Source of the DNA: the human T2T-CHM13v2.0 reference genome, Homo sapiens
Length of the DNA: 64,000 bases
Assembly (NCBI RefSeq): GCF_009914755.1
Contig: NC_060938.1
Direction: 5' to 3' (one strand)
The notes under the pieces are model-generated. The model worked only from the letters and a program-made list of their open reading frames with translations. It was not told where the DNA came from and ran no database searches. The position numbers were made by a program, and so were the translations under genes. How positions within the stretch are numbered: the stretch's first letter is position 1; every line of letters starts with the position of its first letter. Of this stretch, positions 56,151 through 64,000 are shown one piece after another.

Positions 56151-57499
56151 GCCTGGGGACAAAGCATGGGGAAGGGAACCACTGGGGATATGACAATGAG
56201 GACATGGGTGAGTAAGTGAATGGAATCCAGGCAACAGAATCCAAGGGCTAAGAGCCATTTGCTCAAACTCAAAGATTCCGGTGTAAGCACACACACAAAA
56301 AAGGGCAAAAACCATCGCATATCAAACGTTCTTCATTAGGCAGATGGAGCCACCATTCCTCAGTCACATAATATTATGTGGATCAATAAACATAGTTGTT
56401 CAATAAACCAAGTTCCTGGATTCCTAACAAGCTAACACAATAAATACCATTAATGCACCTTCCAATGTAGCCATAGTGTTTTTCAATGCAGCAGACAGAT
56501 CATTCATTTAGCCATGTCATGAAACAAGAAAATTAGGAGTTTCCTTCAATATACACACTAATGTCTCATGAATCCAATACCGGGTATCAGAGAGCATTTT
56601 CCAAAATGTACTTCTTGAAGTGGCCCAGACTTTCTCAATTTTAATTGGTGTACAATAGATCCTCCTACAATGCGTGACACTTTTTCCCAGGTTAACAATC
56701 TGCTGAACACAATGAAACCTGACATTGGTCTTCTTGGATCCACTACAGCAACGCCCTCTGGTGTTGTTCAGGTTGCTAACACTTTTTGCCCGTATACTAA
56801 ATGGTGTCAGGCCACCCAGCTTCCTTTGTTGGACGCTGTGAGTCTGTGGATTAAGCTGACCTAACCTGGCCTAGAGTGCCAGAAAAGGCTTCTAAGCCCC
56901 AGACCCACTGGTGTCATGGGCATCTTGAATACTTTTAATAGCTAACACCAATATATTTGCAGATTTGCAAGTGTAAACCTAGCATGTCATATAATTAGAT
57001 TAAGAGTGTTTCTAAATAACAATGGCAATTTTCCTTCATCCAAAATGTTCTTGTTGCATATGACTTTCTGGATTTCACCTAGAAACAACATAGGTCCTGA
57101 AGGCTAGATCTTAAAACAAAAGCAAAAACCTGTGCCGCTAAACCAATCGTTAGCCTCTGAAATTTGCGCCTATAGGAAGTTGATTGTCAAAACTGTGCCT
57201 CAGAGGAAAGAACCTCTCAAAAGGCATAGCTGGGCTTCAGAGAGCAATAAGGCAGGGAGTTCCTCCTAGAGAGTATAAACAAGTTTGAATGAAGGAATTT
57301 CCCCCACCAGGAGGGCGGGGGAGCCTCTCAATGCCTGTCCCTCATTGCTGTGGACCAGTGACTGCTGGGTGTCTCTCCTGCTTCTGAATGAAGATTTTTG
57401 TTGCAGTGCTACTTCACAATTGTATGTGGGCAGAAAATCCTCAAACTCATTTTCAGCAGAGCTGGAAGAAGGATATAATCCAGAGATTCCAGCATATGT

Positions 57500-59270
<1,771 letters not shown>

Positions 59271-59271
59271 A

Positions 59272-61924
<2,653 letters not shown>

Positions 61925-62227
61925 TATAGAATGACACCATGAATAAGAGTGGATAGTGGAAGAGGGAAAGGAAATTGAGATGCTAAGTTCACTGACTGCC
62001 TTATATGTAATAGCTGAGTGCCAAGAGTTATCATTTAAAGCTGGCAAATCATATAAGAGAAACATAAGCAAATTTAATCATTTAAAAGATGATGTCCACC
62101 AAAACTTTGTGTTGGAAAAAGAGAGAAAAGAGATATCATCACCCGTTATAGGGATCGAATACATGCTGGTTAACGAATAGAACACTAAAATTATTATATG
62201 CCATTATACTTATAAAGTTAACCCCTA

Positions 62228-62557
<330 letters not shown>

Positions 62558-63343
62558 GTTAACCCCTAAGACAAAAATACAAAACTCACCAAGTGTCAGA
62601 AAAAAAAGACACACATACAAAAAATAAGACAAAGACTGATACAGGAAAGAGGTCATCGCTGTTCACTCTATGATCAGCTGCAGAAAGCATTTATCTAGTC
62701 AAAATCATGCAGATGTTTCACTTCTATCTAATTAAATATTGGGAAGACAGGAGGACAGGAAAAGAGCCCTTCTGTGATGAGGCAGGCAGGAAGTAGGAAC
62801 TAACTCCTCATCTTCCACAATGGAAAGTCAAAAAAAATCCCCAAAACTGAAAATTCCAGAAGTAGCACAAGCATGATATTTAAAGACATGGGGATGAGTG
62901 TTAAAATCAACAATCAAAACAGATGAAAGCAACAGTCTCTGGGAAGGTAAGAAAAGGTGAGACGGTCAGAATGTTACTGTTTTTTATAAAAAATTTTGTA
63001 GAATATTTTGGTTCCTTACTATATAACTTTAATAAGAAGTACAATTTTTAAAATGGAAGTTGAGCTCAAATGAGTAACCCGAGTTCAACCGACCAACTCA
63101 TATTTTCCATTCTAACCTTTTCATTAGGTTTGCTAGCCTTTCATTCTGGAAAAAGAGATACTTCATTATGCTTTGGCTTTTGTTGAAAGCCACCACAATG
63201 ACTGCATTAATTTAAATGACAGTGTTTCGTAAGCCTCCTCTGAACCTCAAACTATAGTGTATGCTATGAGGACAAAACACTGACTAAGCGCCCTTACTCA
63301 AGATGACCTGCAGAGGAAGAGATATTAGCAAACAAACGGGTAC

Positions 63344-63461
63344 CTATGGTCGTAATGACAGTTCCAGCAAAGAAAAAGGCACTGCCGAGGTCCCAGTGGC
63401 TGCTGTTGTTGGAAGAGTTTCCTATTGGACTGACTCCCGCATTGTCAGCATCAAGAGCATG
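63344..63461 (-). CDS. KCNK10: KCNK10/TREK-2 coding exon (exon 3): end of extracellular cap and pore helix 1, [39 protein letters not shown](G)
   Basis: Manual translation of the minus strand; not in the ORF track. Acceptor tttgcAG at 63462-63463, donor GTACCC at 63342-63343. Length 118 nt (39 codons +1), so the phase matches the next exon. K2P motif [13 protein letters not shown]. Confidence 0.96.
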
Positions 63462-63889
63462 CTGCAAAGAAAGGGAAAAAGCATAAGACTCAGTTTAAAA
63501 GTTGTTTATTTTTTTTTCTTCAAAAAAAAAAAAGGTTCCAATACATTATTCCCCTACTCAAGAACCTGCAGTGATCTAGAGAGAACTGGTTAAGTGGATG
63601 ATGGTAGCATCCCAAAGCAAAATACTATGCACCCAGTTGTGAAAATCAGAAAATTAGTGTTAAATAGGGGGGAAACGCTAGGATATAGAATATGGTGACA
63701 TTTATAGAAAGCTTGCAGGCATGGGGTGGCCCAGATTATGCAAAATGTTACAAGTTGCTGTGCATATACACACACAAAAAATGTCTAGAAGAATGTTCAC
63801 CCAAAGTGGGCATTTCCGCAAGGCAGGATTTTGGTTGCTTTTTCACTCTTTTCTGTCTTGTAAGAATGTTTTACGTTGAGCTTGTTTCC

Positions 63890-64000
63890 ACAGGGCAGGA
63901 GTTAAGAGCCATCCTGGCTGTGGCCGTTATTAACTTCAGAACCTTGGGCAAGTTGTTTGAACCTCTCTGAGCCTAGTTTCCTCATTTGCAAACTAGAGAT
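63890..64000 (+). mobile_element. MIR (truncated by the window end)
   Basis: accttgggcaagttgtttgaacctctctgagcctagtttcctcatttgcaaa. Confidence 0.8.

Overview
Primate (almost certainly human) genomic DNA carrying the 3' part of KCNK10, the two-pore-domain K+ channel TREK-2/K2P10.1, on the minus strand. Five coding exons can be assembled by hand with GT-AG boundaries and consistent phases: 63344-63461, 50023-50183, 14861-15047, 10590-10732 and 8158-8778. I number them 3-7 from memory of the gene. They encode the end of the cap, P1 (TIG|YG), M2, M3, P2 (TVGFGD), M4 and the C-tail. A ~5.4 kb 3'UTR with several candidate poly(A) sites follows. The rest is intron and downstream DNA full of interspersed repeats: about 20 Alus (one AluYa5-like), L1, L2, MIR, THE1/MLT/ERV LTRs, MER20/81/91, and a near full-length Tigger1. 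Almost all ORFs in the supplied track are repeat-derived or shadow ORFs. The most unusual feature is an ungapped 76-bp, 69/76-identical, non-Alu inverted repeat in intron 4 (15799-15874 and 16984-17059). Its upstream arm starts exactly at an AG and is followed by a GTAAGT donor, which outlines a candidate 91-nt stop-containing exon that could be paired with a downstream complementary sequence. Several other routes to truncated one-pore TREK-2 are visible, along with an orphan CpG-rich block, complementary microsatellites in the 3'UTR and an intact tRNA-Leu PBS. All functional interpretations are hypotheses, and repeat subfamily names come from recalled consensus sequences.
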